DNA of 64,000 nt from Alphaproteobacteria bacterium (GCA_965228895.1 OZ245842.1:3136001-3200000), one strand, 5' to 3'. Positions 19,659 to 30,311 are shown, counted from the first letter of the stretch. The notes: a model not told the origin generated them from the letters alone. Numbers and translations are program-made.

Positions 19659-20165
19659 ATGAGCGCCATGGCGAGCGAGGGTCCTCGCGTCGGGATTATC
19701 ATGGGCAGCCAGTCGGACTGGGAGACCATGCGCCACGCGGCGGAAACGCTGGCGGAGCTTGGTGTGGCCTCAGAAACCAAGATCATGTCGGCCCACCGTA
19801 CGCCCGACCGCATGTTCGCCTATGCCGAAGCCGCCAAGGGCCGCGGGCTTCAGGTCATCATCGCCGGCGCCGGGGGCGCCGCCCACCTGCCCGGCATGAC
19901 GGCAGCCAAGACGCCGCTGCCGGTGCTCGGCGTACCCGTCGAAAGCAAGGCGCTGAGCGGGATGGACAGCCTGCTCTCCATCGCCCAGATGCCCGGTGGC
20001 ATCCCGGTCGGCACGCTCGCGATCGGCCGTGCCGGCGCGGTGAACGCAGCGCTTCTGGCAGCCGCCATCGTTGCCCTGCAGGACGAGACGATCGCCGCTG
20101 CCCTGGATGCCTGGCGGGCCAATCAAACCGCGAACGTGGCCGACGCGCCCAGCGATAAGACTTGA
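19659..20165 (+). CDS. purE: N5-CAIR mutase
   Basis: [28 protein letters not shown]. Confidence 0.95.
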   Translation: MSAMASEGPRVGIIMGSQSDWETMRHAAETLAELGVASETKIMSAHRTPDRMFAYAEAAKGRGLQVIIAGAGGAAHLPGMTAAKTPLPVLGVPVESKALSGMDSLLSIAQMPGGIPVGTLAIGRAGAVNAALLAAAIVALQDETIAAALDAWRANQTANVADAPSDKT

Positions 20166-20172
20166 CCGGAAC

Positions 20173-21261
20173 GTGACGGACGACGGCAGGATCGTTCCGC
20201 CCGGCGGCACCATCGGCATTGTCGGCGGCGGCCAGCTTGGCCGCATGACGGCACTCGCCGCCGCGCCGCTCGGCTATCGCTGCCATATCTATTGTCCCGA
20301 CGCCGACAGTCCGGCCGAACAGGTTGCCGACAAGGCGACGGTCGCGCCCTATGACGATGCCGACGCGCTCGACCGGTTCGCCGCCGAGGTCGACGTCATC
20401 ACCTATGAGTTCGAGAACCTGCCGACCGAAGCCTTTGCGCGCATGGGCCGGCAGGCACCGGTGCGCCCGCACTGGCGCTGCCTGGAAACGACCCAGCATC
20501 GGGTGACGGAGAAAGATTTCATCAACGCCCAGGGTATCGGCACCGCGCCCTACCAGTTGGTGCAGGGCCCCGACGAGCTTGCCGCTGCGCTCGAGGCCGT
20601 CGGCCGACCGGCGGTCTTGAAGACGACACGGCTGGGCTATGACGGCAAGGGTCAGGTCGGGATCAAGGACGGCGACGATCCGGCCGAAGCCTGGGCCGCC
20701 ATGAACGGCGATGAAGGCATCCTGGAAGGCTTCGTCGATTTCCGCTGCGAGGTCTCGTCGATCATCGCGCGCGGCCTGGACGGTGAGACCGCGGCCTTCG
20801 ACGTGGTGGAGAACCGCCACACCAACCACATCCTGGCGACCACCACCGCGCCCGCCGCGATCTCGAGCGACCTGGCGCGCGATGCCCAGGCAATGGCGGC
20901 AACGCTTGCCACCGCGCTCGATCTGGTCGGCCTGCTGGCGGTCGAGATGTTCGTCAGGTCAGACGACCGGCTTCTGGTCAACGAACTGGCGGCGCGGCCG
21001 CATAACTCCGGCCACTGGTCGATCGACGCCTGCCACGCCAGCCAGTTCGAACAGTTCGTGCGCGCCGTCTGCGGCCTGCCGCTAGGCGACCCGACACGCC
21101 ACAGCGACGCCGTCATGACCAACCTGCTGGGCGACGACATCGATCAGTGGCAGACGCTGCTGGCCGAGCCCAACGCGCATCTGCACCTCTACGGCAAGGC
21201 CGAAGCCCGGCCCGGCCGCAAGATGGGTCACGTGACGCGGGTCAATCCGCTAACGCGTTAG
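20173..21261 (+). CDS. purK: N5-CAIR synthase
   Basis: GGGQLGRM, TYEFEN, GYDGKGQ, NELAARPHNSGH, YGK...RKMGH. Confidence 0.95.
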   Translation: MTDDGRIVPPGGTIGIVGGGQLGRMTALAAAPLGYRCHIYCPDADSPAEQVADKATVAPYDDADALDRFAAEVDVITYEFENLPTEAFARMGRQAPVRPHWRCLETTQHRVTEKDFINAQGIGTAPYQLVQGPDELAAALEAVGRPAVLKTTRLGYDGKGQVGIKDGDDPAEAWAAMNGDEGILEGFVDFRCEVSSIIARGLDGETAAFDVVENRHTNHILATTTAPAAISSDLARDAQAMAATLATALDLVGLLAVEMFVRSDDRLLVNELAARPHNSGHWSIDACHASQFEQFVRAVCGLPLGDPTRHSDAVMTNLLGDDIDQWQTLLAEPNAHLHLYGKAEARPGRKMGHVTRVNPLTR

Positions 21262-22144
21262 ATCGCGTCCGCCGTCCCTCGAACAAGTCCCGGTCGGCGT
21301 GGATGCGCTGGGCGATGAAGTCGGTGAACAGGCGCACGCGCGCGACTTGTCTGACATCCGGGTGGGTGAGCACCCATAGATCCGGCGCGGTCTCGACGAC
21401 CGGCTCGGCAATGATGCGCCGCAGTTCGGGATCGGGGTCGCTGACATAACAGGGCAAGGCGACGACGCCCAATCCCTGCTGCGCCATGGCGCGCATGGTC
21501 TGCAGATCGTCGACACGGTGGCGAATGCGCGCCTGAGGATAGCTGCTCAGGATCGTCAATTGGTCATAGGCTTCGTCCTGCCAGCCGATCCATGTCCAAT
21601 CGGCGGGACCCGAACCATCGACGGCGTGCGTGGTTTCCGACGGTGAGGCATAGACGCCGAGCGCGGCTTTGGCGAGCCGCCGGCCGACCAGCGTATCCGG
21701 CGGCCGGCTGGCGACGCGTACCGCGATATCGGCTTCGCGCCGGCCCAGGCTCAAGTGCTGGAACGTACAGATGACGCTGAGATCGATCTCCGGGTGGTCG
21801 ACCAGGAAGTCGGCGAGATGGGGTGCAAGATAAAGGTTCGCCATGACCTCGGTGCAGGTGATCCTGATCGCGCCAGTCAGCCGGCGATCCTGTCCGAACA
21901 CCTTGCGGTCGATGCTGTTCAGTTCGTCTTCGATCTGCTCGACGGCTTCGACAATCTCCATGCCCGGCGCCGATAAGACGTAGCCCGACGGCGTGTGTTC
22001 GAGCAGGCGAACGCCAAGACCATCCTCCATCGCCTTCAGGCGACGCGATACGGTCGGTTGGCTGACGCCCAACGCCTTGGCCGCCTCGGTCAGGGTGCGG
22101 GCACGGGCGATGGCGAGGAAGTAGCGGTAGTCGTCCCAGTTCAT
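21242..22144 (-). CDS. LysR family regulator
   Basis: MNWDDYRYFLA..AAKALGVSQPTVSRRL; RREADIAVR. Confidence 0.9.
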   Translation of the reverse strand: MNWDDYRYFLAIARARTLTEAAKALGVSQPTVSRRLKAMEDGLGVRLLEHTPSGYVLSAPGMEIVEAVEQIEDELNSIDRKVFGQDRRLTGAIRITCTEVMANLYLAPHLADFLVDHPEIDLSVICTFQHLSLGRREADIAVRVASRPPDTLVGRRLAKAALGVYASPSETTHAVDGSGPADWTWIGWQDEAYDQLTILSSYPQARIRHRVDDLQTMRAMAQQGLGVVALPCYVSDPDPELRRIIAEPVVETAPDLWVLTHPDVRQVARVRLFTDFIAQRIHADRDLFEGRRTRSNALAD

Positions 22145-22157
22145 CGTTTCCTCACGT

Positions 22158-22173
22158 CATTCAAATTTGAATG
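22158..22173. promoter_or_regulatory. Perfect 16-bp palindrome, probable LysR binding site
   Basis: cattcaaatttgaatg between the divergent lysR and solA-like genes. Confidence 0.55.
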
Positions 22174-22273
22174 CGAACTATCGAAACTTGTCGATGGTAC
22201 TTCAAAATTGTTGAAATGTAGATTGAGTCCGCAAGGCCGATGATCGGCCAGGCCATCCGAGGAGACAGGGCCC

Positions 22274-23428
22274 ATGGGGACATTCGATGTCATCGTCGTG
22301 GGGTTAGGCGCGATGGGCGGCGCCGCCGCCTTTCACTGCGCCAAGCGCGGCGCCCGTGTCCTTGGCCTCGATGCCAATCCGCCCCATCACCGCCTGGGCT
22401 CGTCCCATGGCGCGACGCGGGCCATTCGCGAGACCTATTTCGAGTCACCTGACTACGTGCCCTTGGCATGGCGTTCATTCGACCTGTGGCGCGAGCTGGA
22501 GGCCGAAACGGGCAACGCCTTGCTGTCCTGCAATGGCGCGGTCTATGTCGGGCCGGAAGGCCATCCGATGATGAACGGTGTCGCATCGGCGGCCTTGCAA
22601 CACGGCCTTGATTACGAAACGCTCGCGCGCGCAGACGCGATGCGGCGCTTTCCCGGTTTTTCCATGCCCGATGGCTGGCAGGCGATCTACGAACGACGCG
22701 GCGGTGTCCTGCAGGCCGACCGTTGTCTGGACGGCCATGCCGATCTGGCGCGCCGGCACGGCGCCGACCTGCGTTTCGGCGAAAGCGTCCGGGCGTGGCG
22801 GCAGAGCGATAACGGATCGGTAGCCGTCGAAACAGACAGCGGCGCGCACGAAGCCGGCGCGATGATTTTGACCGTCGGCCCGTGGGCCTGCGAAGCGCTC
22901 GACGAACTCGGCCTGCCGCTGACCGGCCGACGCATTACCGTCGTTCACTTCGAAACCGACCAGCCAGCGCTTTACGATCCCGATAGCATGTCGGTCTATT
23001 TCTGGGCGACGCCCGAAGGCGTCTATGCCGGCTTTCCGCATTTCGACAATGAAGGTACCAAGATCATGCGCCACGACACCGGCGATGTGTGCACGCCGGC
23101 GACCGTGCGGCGCACGGTTACCGACGATGACATGGCGGACGTCACGGGCTTCGCCGATACCTATATGCCGCACGCCAACAACGGCGTGCGTGAAAGCCAT
23201 GTCTGTCTCTACACGATGACGCCGGACAACCACTTCATCATCGATCGGCATCCCGGCTTTGAAAACGTTGCCTATGCCACGGGCTTCAGCGGCCATGGCT
23301 TCAAGTTCGCGCCGGTGGTCGGCGAGATCCTGGCCGACTTCGTGCTGGATCAACAATCGTCGCGCCCGATCGGTTTCCTGAGCGCCGACCGCTTTGCCGG
23401 CGCGGACGTCACAAGCGCCACGGACTGA
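22274..23428 (+). CDS. solA: Monomeric sarcosine oxidase / N-methyltryptophan oxidase family
   Basis: GLGAMG, GSSHG.TR.IR..YFE, CLYTMTPD.HFIID, SGHGFKFAP. Confidence 0.85.
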   Translation: MGTFDVIVVGLGAMGGAAAFHCAKRGARVLGLDANPPHHRLGSSHGATRAIRETYFESPDYVPLAWRSFDLWRELEAETGNALLSCNGAVYVGPEGHPMMNGVASAALQHGLDYETLARADAMRRFPGFSMPDGWQAIYERRGGVLQADRCLDGHADLARRHGADLRFGESVRAWRQSDNGSVAVETDSGAHEAGAMILTVGPWACEALDELGLPLTGRRITVVHFETDQPALYDPDSMSVYFWATPEGVYAGFPHFDNEGTKIMRHDTGDVCTPATVRRTVTDDDMADVTGFADTYMPHANNGVRESHVCLYTMTPDNHFIIDRHPGFENVAYATGFSGHGFKFAPVVGEILADFVLDQQSSRPIGFLSADRFAGADVTSATD

Positions 23429-23440
23429 CGCCACGACGGA

Positions 23441-24049
23441 TCAGGTTTCGCGCGTCTGCTCCAGGCCGGCGACAAAACACGACATCAAGGTCTCCGCCAT
23501 CGCGTGAACGGTCTGGTCGGAGACGATCTGGAGTTTGCCGGCCCCCGACAGCGAACAAATGCCGTGCAGGCTGGCCCACAGAACCCTGGCCGCGCCTTTC
23601 AGGCTGTCGTCATCGAGATCCGGCAGACGCCGTGCAAGTGCGGCTTCGATCAAACCCAAGACCCGGTCGATCTTCTGCACGTACCAGTCTGGCAGTGTCT
23701 GGCCGGCCGATAGCCGGTGTTCGAACAGGACCGCCCACAGGTTCCGGTTGCCGTCGAGAAAATCGAGGTAACCGGTGAGCAGCGCGTTGAGATCGCGGGC
23801 CGGATCGCCGGTCTGTGGGATGGCGGCCAGGTCGTCGAAAAGCGCGTCCAGGGTACGCCCGTTCATGTGGACGATCAGATCGTCCAGATCGTCGAAGACG
23901 TTGTAGAGCGTTCCCGGTGAATAGCCGATCGCCTGCGCGACCTTGCGCGCGGTGAGTGCCGAGAGGCCGTCATTGGTGACAATGCCGCGCGCGGCGGTCA
24001 GAGCGAGGTCATAGAGCTCCTCGCGGCTGTGATCGGATCTGCGCCCCAT
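23441..24049 (-). CDS. TetR/AcrR regulator (WHG C-terminal type)
   Basis: LTARKVAQAIGYSPGTLYNVF; LWASLHG. Confidence 0.9.
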   Translation of the reverse strand: MGRRSDHSREELYDLALTAARGIVTNDGLSALTARKVAQAIGYSPGTLYNVFDDLDDLIVHMNGRTLDALFDDLAAIPQTGDPARDLNALLTGYLDFLDGNRNLWAVLFEHRLSAGQTLPDWYVQKIDRVLGLIEAALARRLPDLDDDSLKGAARVLWASLHGICSLSGAGKLQIVSDQTVHAMAETLMSCFVAGLEQTRET

Positions 24050-24093
24050 TTTCCCTGCTTTTTCCGTTGGTTCCCCTGATCTGAAAAAATATA

Positions 24094-24137
24094 TTGAACG
24101 ATGTTCAATTGCAACCTATATTTTGAACGCTGTTCAA
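24094..24137. promoter_or_regulatory. Two TTGAAC-N3-GTTCAA palindromes, probable TetR operators
   Basis: 24094-24108 and 24123-24137, between tetR and the ynb-like operon. Confidence 0.7.
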
Positions 24138-24159
24138 TTCTTGGATGTGGGAGGATCGT

Positions 24160-24810
24160 GTGTCGCTCTACAATCTCAAGCCACGCTTCCTGTTCATGCT
24201 GTGTCCGCTGGCCCGCGCGCTGGCGCGCCGCCGGGTCACGCCCAACCAAGTCACCCTGTCGGCCGCGCTTGGGTCGCTGGTCGTGGGCGCCATCGTGTTC
24301 GGCTTTGCCAGCACACGCTGGATCTTCCTGCTGATCCCGATCTGGCTGTTTGCCCGCATGGCGCTGAACGCACTGGACGGGATGATCGCCCGCGACGCCA
24401 ACCAGACCACCAAACTCGGCGCCTACCTGAACGAGTTGTCGGATGTGGTCTCCGATACCGCGATCTATCTCCCGTTTGTCCTCATCGCCCCGTTCAATGG
24501 CTATTCTGTCGCGATCGTCATCTATCTCGGTGTCCTGTCGGAGTTCGCCGGCGTGCTCGGCCCGACGGTCGGCGCCTCGCGTCGTTATGACGGCCCCATG
24601 GGCAAGAGCGACCGTGCGCTTGTCTTCGGCGGCTTGGGCCTTGCCGTGGCCTGCACGACGACCCTGCCGGCATGGCTTGCCTGGTTCTTCCCGATCATGG
24701 GCGTTGCCTTGCTCATCACGATCGTCAACCGGGTGCGCGGCGGTCTCATGGCCACGCGTACGGCGACAGCCCCCTTACCCCACCATCAACGCCCCAGCCA
24801 TCAGGAATGA
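24160..24810 (+). CDS. ynbA: CDP-alcohol phosphatidyltransferase (YnbA-like)
   Basis: LYNLKPRF, TPNQVT, RMALNALDGMIAR, GPMGKSDRA. Confidence 0.85.
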   Translation: MSLYNLKPRFLFMLCPLARALARRRVTPNQVTLSAALGSLVVGAIVFGFASTRWIFLLIPIWLFARMALNALDGMIARDANQTTKLGAYLNELSDVVSDTAIYLPFVLIAPFNGYSVAIVIYLGVLSEFAGVLGPTVGASRRYDGPMGKSDRALVFGGLGLAVACTTTLPAWLAWFFPIMGVALLITIVNRVRGGLMATRTATAPLPHHQRPSHQE

Positions 24811-24816
24811 TCCATC

Positions 24817-26574
24817 ATGAAATCGCGAACGGTCACCGAAACAACGTTTGATACCCATGACGGCGCCAAGCTGTTCTACCGTCACTGGCCTGCCCTGACC
24901 GATAACCCGAGGGGCGCCATCGTTCTGCTGCACCGGGGCCACGAGCATTCCGGACGCGTCGCCCACCTGGTCGGCGAACTCAATCTGCCGGAGTTTTCGT
25001 TTTTTGCCTGGGACGCGCGCGGTCACGGTCTGTCGTCCGGCGAGCGCGGCTTCAGCCCGAGTGCGGCAACGTCGGTTCGCGACGTCAAAAGCTTCGTCGA
25101 TCACATCACCTGTACCCACGATGTGTCTTCCGGCGATATCGTGGTGATCGGTCAAAGCATCGGCGCGGTCCTGGCCGCTGCCTGGGTGCACGACTATGCC
25201 CCGAACATACGCGCCCTTGTGCTCGCCGCGCCCGCGTTCAGCGTCAACTTGCGCATCCCCCTTGCCTTGCCTGCCTTGCGGCTGAAACACGCGGTCGGCG
25301 GCAACTTCTTCGTCAAGAGTTACGTCAAGGTGAAACAGTTGACCCATGACCGCAATCGCATCGCCTCCTACAACAACGACCCCCTGATCAGCCGGCCGAT
25401 CTCATCGACCATGTTGTTGGACCTGCATGATCTGTCGGCACGCCTCGTTGATGACGCTGCCGCCATCACGGTTCCGACCCAGCTTCTGATCCCGGGCAAG
25501 GACCGGATTGTCGATCAGGCTCCGCAACACCGCTTCTATGAGCGGCTTGGCGCCCCGGTCAAAGAGCGGCATGTCTTTCCCGGTCATCTGCATGACATCT
25601 TGGGAGAGAAAGACAGGCGTCCGGTCATCGAGTGTACGCGCGCGTTTGTTTTGGCAAACTTCGACAAGCCGACCGCCCCGCCGTCGCTTCTGGATGCCGA
25701 CAAACATGGTCCGACGTGCCGCGACGTCGATCGGTTGCGCGCGCCGCTGCCGACGTTGTCGGCGAAGGGGCTTTACTGGTCCAGTCTGCGGTTGGCGTTA
25801 CGGCTTGGCGGCTGGTTGTCCAAGGGCCTACGCATCGGACGGCGCTACGGCTTCAATTCGGGCACCATGCTCGACTACGTCTATCAGAACAGGCCTAAAG
25901 GCCTGACACCGCTGGGCCGCGCGCTTGACCGCGCCTATCTGAACGCGGTCGGATGGAAAGGTATCCGCCAGCGCAAACCTCACCTTGAGGAGCTGCTGCG
26001 CTCAGCCATCGAACGGGTGCGTGAGGCCGGCGAGCCCCTGCACATCCTCGACATCGCCGCCGGACGCGGCCGCTATGTGCTGGACGTTGTCGAGGCCATC
26101 GAGCCACGGCCGCAGTCCGTCATGCTGCGCGATATCAGCGACGTGAACGTCGAAGCGGCAACGCAGTCGATCGCACACAGGCGATTGAGCGACATCGTCA
26201 CCTTCACCAAGGGCGACGCGTTCGACACCGACGGCATCGCCGCCATCGAACCCCACCCGACGGTCGCCATCGTTTCCGGCCTCTACGAGCTGATCCCCGA
26301 TAACGCCCCCGTCCGGGCATCGCTGGAAGGGCTTGGGCGCGCCGTTCGCGACGGTGGTTACCTGATCTATACGGGGCAGCCCTGGCACCCCCAGCTGGAA
26401 ATGATCGCCCGCACCCTGACGGACCACAAGCACGGCGCACCCTGGATCATGCGTTGCCGCACTCAAGTCGAACTGGACCAGCTCGTCGCCGCCGCTGGCT
26501 TCAAGAAGATCGATCAGCGGGTCGACGCGTGGGGCATCTTCACCGTCTCGCTGGCGCAAAAGGTGACGTCATGA
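24817..26574 (+). CDS. ynbC: Alpha/beta hydrolase-methyltransferase fusion (YnbC-like)
   Basis: HRGHEHSGR, WDARGHG; LDIAAGRGRY, YTGQPWHPQLEMIAR. Confidence 0.85.
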   Translation: MKSRTVTETTFDTHDGAKLFYRHWPALTDNPRGAIVLLHRGHEHSGRVAHLVGELNLPEFSFFAWDARGHGLSSGERGFSPSAATSVRDVKSFVDHITCTHDVSSGDIVVIGQSIGAVLAAAWVHDYAPNIRALVLAAPAFSVNLRIPLALPALRLKHAVGGNFFVKSYVKVKQLTHDRNRIASYNNDPLISRPISSTMLLDLHDLSARLVDDAAAITVPTQLLIPGKDRIVDQAPQHRFYERLGAPVKERHVFPGHLHDILGEKDRRPVIECTRAFVLANFDKPTAPPSLLDADKHGPTCRDVDRLRAPLPTLSAKGLYWSSLRLALRLGGWLSKGLRIGRRYGFNSGTMLDYVYQNRPKGLTPLGRALDRAYLNAVGWKGIRQRKPHLEELLRSAIERVREAGEPLHILDIAAGRGRYVLDVVEAIEPRPQSVMLRDISDVNVEAATQSIAHRRLSDIVTFTKGDAFDTDGIAAIEPHPTVAIVSGLYELIPDNAPVRASLEGLGRAVRDGGYLIYTGQPWHPQLEMIARTLTDHKHGAPWIMRCRTQVELDQLVAAAGFKKIDQRVDAWGIFTVSLAQKVTS

Positions 26575-27278
26575 GCGCGGTCGTCGACCCCGCCTATGCC
26601 GACCAGGCGGGGCATCGCCCGTCCGCCCTCAGGCAGTGGCTGGCGTCCCTGTTCACCGCCGCCGTGCTGGTGTTCGTGCGGCTGATGACCTCGGCAACGA
26701 CCACCTGGGTCGGGTCGAAGCCGTTGCCCGTGCAGCGCATCTATTTCGCCAACCACGCCAGCAATGGCGACTTTGTTCTCATTTGGTCCGCACTGCCCCG
26801 CGCGCTGCGGTCCATGACCCGGCCCGTGGCCGGCGCCGACTATTGGCTGAAGAACGCCGTGCAGCGGTTTGTCGCGACGGACGTGTTCGGCTCGGTTTTG
26901 ATCGACCGAAGCTGCTCGGCTCCCGCAGCCGAGGCTCTGGAACACATGGCCGATGCCTTGCGCGACGGCGCATCACTCATCCTGTTCCCCGAAGGCACGC
27001 GCAACATGACGGACGCGCCCTTGCTGCCGTTCAAAAGCGGCCTGTTTCATTTGGCCAAACGGCAACCCGATGTCGAAATCGTGCCGGTCTGGCTCGCCAA
27101 CACCGGGCGTGTGTTGCCGAAAGGCGAGATCGTGCCCGTGCCGCTGCATTGCACCGTGACGTTCGGCGCGCCGCTCAAGCTGAAATCCAAGGAACCAAGG
27201 GCTGCGTTTTTGGAGCGCGCATCAAACGCGCTGCTTTGTCTGGCGCCAAAGGCCCTTCCCAACGCGGCGCCTGCGTGA
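26571..27278 (+). CDS. Lysophospholipid acyltransferase
   Basis: FANHASNGD (HX4D), FPEGTR, FKSG; ATGA overlap with upstream gene. Confidence 0.88.
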   Translation: MSAVVDPAYADQAGHRPSALRQWLASLFTAAVLVFVRLMTSATTTWVGSKPLPVQRIYFANHASNGDFVLIWSALPRALRSMTRPVAGADYWLKNAVQRFVATDVFGSVLIDRSCSAPAAEALEHMADALRDGASLILFPEGTRNMTDAPLLPFKSGLFHLAKRQPDVEIVPVWLANTGRVLPKGEIVPVPLHCTVTFGAPLKLKSKEPRAAFLERASNALLCLAPKALPNAAPA

Positions 27279-28222
27279 TGATACCCGCGTTCGACATGAT
27301 CGCGTTGTTCGGCGGTCTTGCCGCGGTGCTGACGCTGGCGACCGTGGTTGGTCGGGTCCTGGCGCGCACCCGTCAAACAAATCAATCGCGGCATGTCATC
27401 GAGAATGTGAACCAACGCGTCAATGCATGGTGGGTGATGGTCGCCGTGATGGGCGTTGCCTTCCTGCTCGGCGCGAGCGCCATCGTGATCCTGTTTGCGC
27501 TCTTGTCATTTGCCGCGTTCCGCGAGTTCATGTCGTTGGCCGAGACCAGGCGCAGCGACCACTGGGTCCTGCTCAGCGGATTTTTTGTCGTGTTGCCGGT
27601 CCAGTACCTTCTGGTGTGGCAGGGCTGGCTGGAACTGGCCGCTCTCTTCATTCCGGTATGCGTCTTCATTCTGCTGCCCATCGTTTCGGCCTTGCAGGGT
27701 GATGCCGCGGGTTACCTCGGACGCATCGCGGCAACGCACTGGGGCCTGATGCTGTGCATCTACTGTCTTTCTTTCGTCCCGATGTTGACGAGCCTCGACA
27801 TACCGGGTTTCGAGCAGCGCCAACTTCTGCTCGTCGCCTTCTTCCTCGTCATCGTCCAGGCCAGTGACGTCTTCCAGTTCATCTGGGGCAAACTTGTTGG
27901 GCGTCACAAGGTTGCGCCGACGCTCTCGCCGTCGAAAACGATCGAAGGCCTGGTGGGCGGCGTCATCTGTGCGGCCGCACTGGGCGCCGCACTCGCGTGG
28001 CTTACGCCGTTCAACCCGTGGCAGGCATCATTGATGGCCCTGATGATCGCCGTCCTTGGTTTCTTTGGCGGGCTCGTGATGTCAGCCATCAAACGTGACC
28101 GCGGGGTCAAGGATTGGGGTGCGATGATCGCCGGTCATGGCGGCGTCCTTGATCGTCTGGACTCCGTCGTCTTCGCGGCGCCCGTCTTCTTCTATGCCGT
28201 GCAGTATGGATGGGCTGTCTGA
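27278..28222 (+). CDS. ynbB: Phosphatidate cytidylyltransferase (YnbB-like)
   Basis: SDVFQFIWGK, SPSKTIEG, SAIKRDRGVKD, GHGGVLDRLDS. Confidence 0.88.
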   Translation: MIPAFDMIALFGGLAAVLTLATVVGRVLARTRQTNQSRHVIENVNQRVNAWWVMVAVMGVAFLLGASAIVILFALLSFAAFREFMSLAETRRSDHWVLLSGFFVVLPVQYLLVWQGWLELAALFIPVCVFILLPIVSALQGDAAGYLGRIAATHWGLMLCIYCLSFVPMLTSLDIPGFEQRQLLLVAFFLVIVQASDVFQFIWGKLVGRHKVAPTLSPSKTIEGLVGGVICAAALGAALAWLTPFNPWQASLMALMIAVLGFFGGLVMSAIKRDRGVKDWGAMIAGHGGVLDRLDSVVFAAPVFFYAVQYGWAV

Positions 28223-28342
28223 GTCGGTGGATACGACCGCGCGGAACGGTTCAACTGTCTGCCGCCGCGATAACTTGGTTTGTGCGCGCTACGCTCTCCG
28301 TTAGGCTGTGCGATCAAACGCAAGCCATGGCCGGAACACAAC

Positions 28343-28858
28343 ATGACAGCCCAAGGCGTTCTCATCACGGGCGTTTACGGCACCGGCAAGTCGTCGGTGG
28401 TTGAGGAGATCGCGGGACTTCTCGAAGAGGCCGGCCACAACTACGGCGCCATCGATCTGGACTGGCTGCAGTGGTTCGACGCCGACATCGACGAAGCCAG
28501 AAGCACGGCCGTCTATCTGGCCAACCTCTCAGCCGTCGCCGGCAACTACATCGATGTCGGCGTCGAGCGGTTGGTGATGGCGGGCGCCATTCGCGATGAA
28601 ACCACGCTGGCTGCCATCAGGTCAGCCGTTCCCGTGCCGATGCGTGTTGTCCGCCTGACCGCGCCCTTCGCCACGATCGAGGCGCGACTGGGTACGGCGA
28701 TCACGGCTGGGCGCGCGGATGACCTGCGGGTTGCCGCGGAATGGCTCGAGGCCTCCATCGGCGTCGGCTTTGAAGACATCGCCGTGGCCAACGACCGGCC
28801 GGTACGCGAGACCGCGCTTGAGGTGCTGGACTGGTTAGGCTGGTGGTCGCCGGCTTGA
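28343..28858 (+). CDS. P-loop kinase-like hypothetical protein
   Basis: Walker A GVYGTGKSS, IDLDWL. Confidence 0.7.
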   Translation: MTAQGVLITGVYGTGKSSVVEEIAGLLEEAGHNYGAIDLDWLQWFDADIDEARSTAVYLANLSAVAGNYIDVGVERLVMAGAIRDETTLAAIRSAVPVPMRVVRLTAPFATIEARLGTAITAGRADDLRVAAEWLEASIGVGFEDIAVANDRPVRETALEVLDWLGWWSPA

Positions 28859-28876
28859 TCGAGATCGCTGGACATC

Positions 28877-28901
28877 CGGCCGTCGCCTAAAGCGACGGCC
28901 G
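28877..28901. terminator. Hairpin between convergent genes
   Basis: cggccgtcgc-ctaaa-gcgacggccg. Confidence 0.5.
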
Positions 28902-28912
28902 ATCATCAAGGC

Positions 28913-29341
28913 CTATTCTTCCTCAGGCACAAGATCGACGGCAATCAAGACCGTCGGCACGTCGCCCATGTTGCCACCCCAATGCCGCATGCTCGCATCC
29001 TCGAACCAATAAGTACCGGCGCCATGGGCGATCTGCTCCCCTGCGTCTGGTACCTCGGTAAACGAGCCGCTGATGAGATAGACAGCGATGGGTCTCTGCT
29101 CGTGCGAATGATGCGCGACGATCGCGCCCGGCTCCAATGTGATCTGACGGACACGAAGGACATAGCCCTCCATCGCTGGGATCTGTTCGGCCAGTGGCAA
29201 GATGTCCATAGAGTCGATCGTTATGCCCGACGACTCTTGCGGTGGCGCATCCTGAGCGCTGGTGATTTGGACAGATGCCAGCAATACCAGACCTGCAATG
29301 ACTGGCACGCTCCATCGCGTCATTTGTCGACTAAAGCTCAT
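28913..29341 (-). CDS. Exported cupin domain protein
   Basis: Signal peptide; LEPGAIVAHHSH...RP, HWGGN. Confidence 0.75.
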   Translation of the reverse strand: MSFSRQMTRWSVPVIAGLVLLASVQITSAQDAPPQESSGITIDSMDILPLAEQIPAMEGYVLRVRQITLEPGAIVAHHSHEQRPIAVYLISGSFTEVPDAGEQIAHGAGTYWFEDASMRHWGGNMGDVPTVLIAVDLVPEEE

Positions 29342-29419
29342 GATTCCTCCCCTTTCGTTACGATATTGCCATGGTCGCCAGCCGATCGGTGCAACGCCGG
29401 CGTCATGTAGATCACGCTA

Positions 29420-30256
29420 TCACGCGACGGGCACGCCCTCGACCGTGACACGGTGCATGACGCGGCGTTCGCCGGGATAGTCGTTGATCGCCTTGTGCCA
29501 GGTCGCGCGGTTATCCCAGATGCCGAGCGTGCCCGGCTGCCATCTTACGCGGCAGGTGAACTCCGGCTGCGCGCAGTGTTCGTAGAGCTGGGTCAACAGC
29601 GGCGCCGACTCTTCCGCCGTCCAACCGTCGATATGGGTGGTGAACGTGCGGTTGACGTAGATGCCGCGCCGTCCCGAAAGCGGATGAGTAATGACGACGG
29701 GATGCAGCGCGTCCTGGGTCGCGTCGCCGGCGTTCATGTATTTTCCGGGCTGCTCGCCGTCCTGTTGCCTGCCGCGCTCGCTGTCGACGCCGAACACATG
29801 GCGCGACGAATGCCACGCCTTCAGCCCGTCAAGGGTCGCGCGGAAACCTTCCGACAGCGCCATATAGGCGGCGTGCATGGAAGCGAACGCGGTGTCACCG
29901 CCGGCATCCGGTGTTTGCACCGCATAGAGCAGCGATCCCATCGCGGGAATCTGATCGTAGGAATGATCGGTATGCCATTCCTCGCCGGTGACGCGGGTCT
30001 CGCCCGGTTCCTTGATGACCGTCGCGATCTCGGGATGACTGTCTAGCCGTTGGAAGAACCGGTTGACGTTGATGTTGCCCCAGCGCCGCGCGAAGGCCAG
30101 GTGCTCGTCGGGTGACAGATCAAGGCCGCGAATGGCGACCACGGAATAGTCCACGAACGCCTGGCGAATCGCCTCGAAGTGGTCATCGCGCGAGAGATCT
30201 GCGTCGTAGATTTCGGCGCCGAAGGTGGGCGTCATCGGTCGAATGTCGGGGGTCAT
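29420..30256 (-). CDS. TauD/TfdA family 2-oxoglutarate-Fe(II) dioxygenase
   Basis: WHTDHSY, GGDTAF, HPVV..HP, WDNRATWH. Confidence 0.9.
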   Translation of the reverse strand: MTPDIRPMTPTFGAEIYDADLSRDDHFEAIRQAFVDYSVVAIRGLDLSPDEHLAFARRWGNINVNRFFQRLDSHPEIATVIKEPGETRVTGEEWHTDHSYDQIPAMGSLLYAVQTPDAGGDTAFASMHAAYMALSEGFRATLDGLKAWHSSRHVFGVDSERGRQQDGEQPGKYMNAGDATQDALHPVVITHPLSGRRGIYVNRTFTTHIDGWTAEESAPLLTQLYEHCAQPEFTCRVRWQPGTLGIWDNRATWHKAINDYPGERRVMHRVTVEGVPVA

Positions 30257-30311
30257 TGGCTACCATTCCATCACGCCGTTGGATTGTCCGAAGCATAGAC
30301 CAGTCTGCCCG

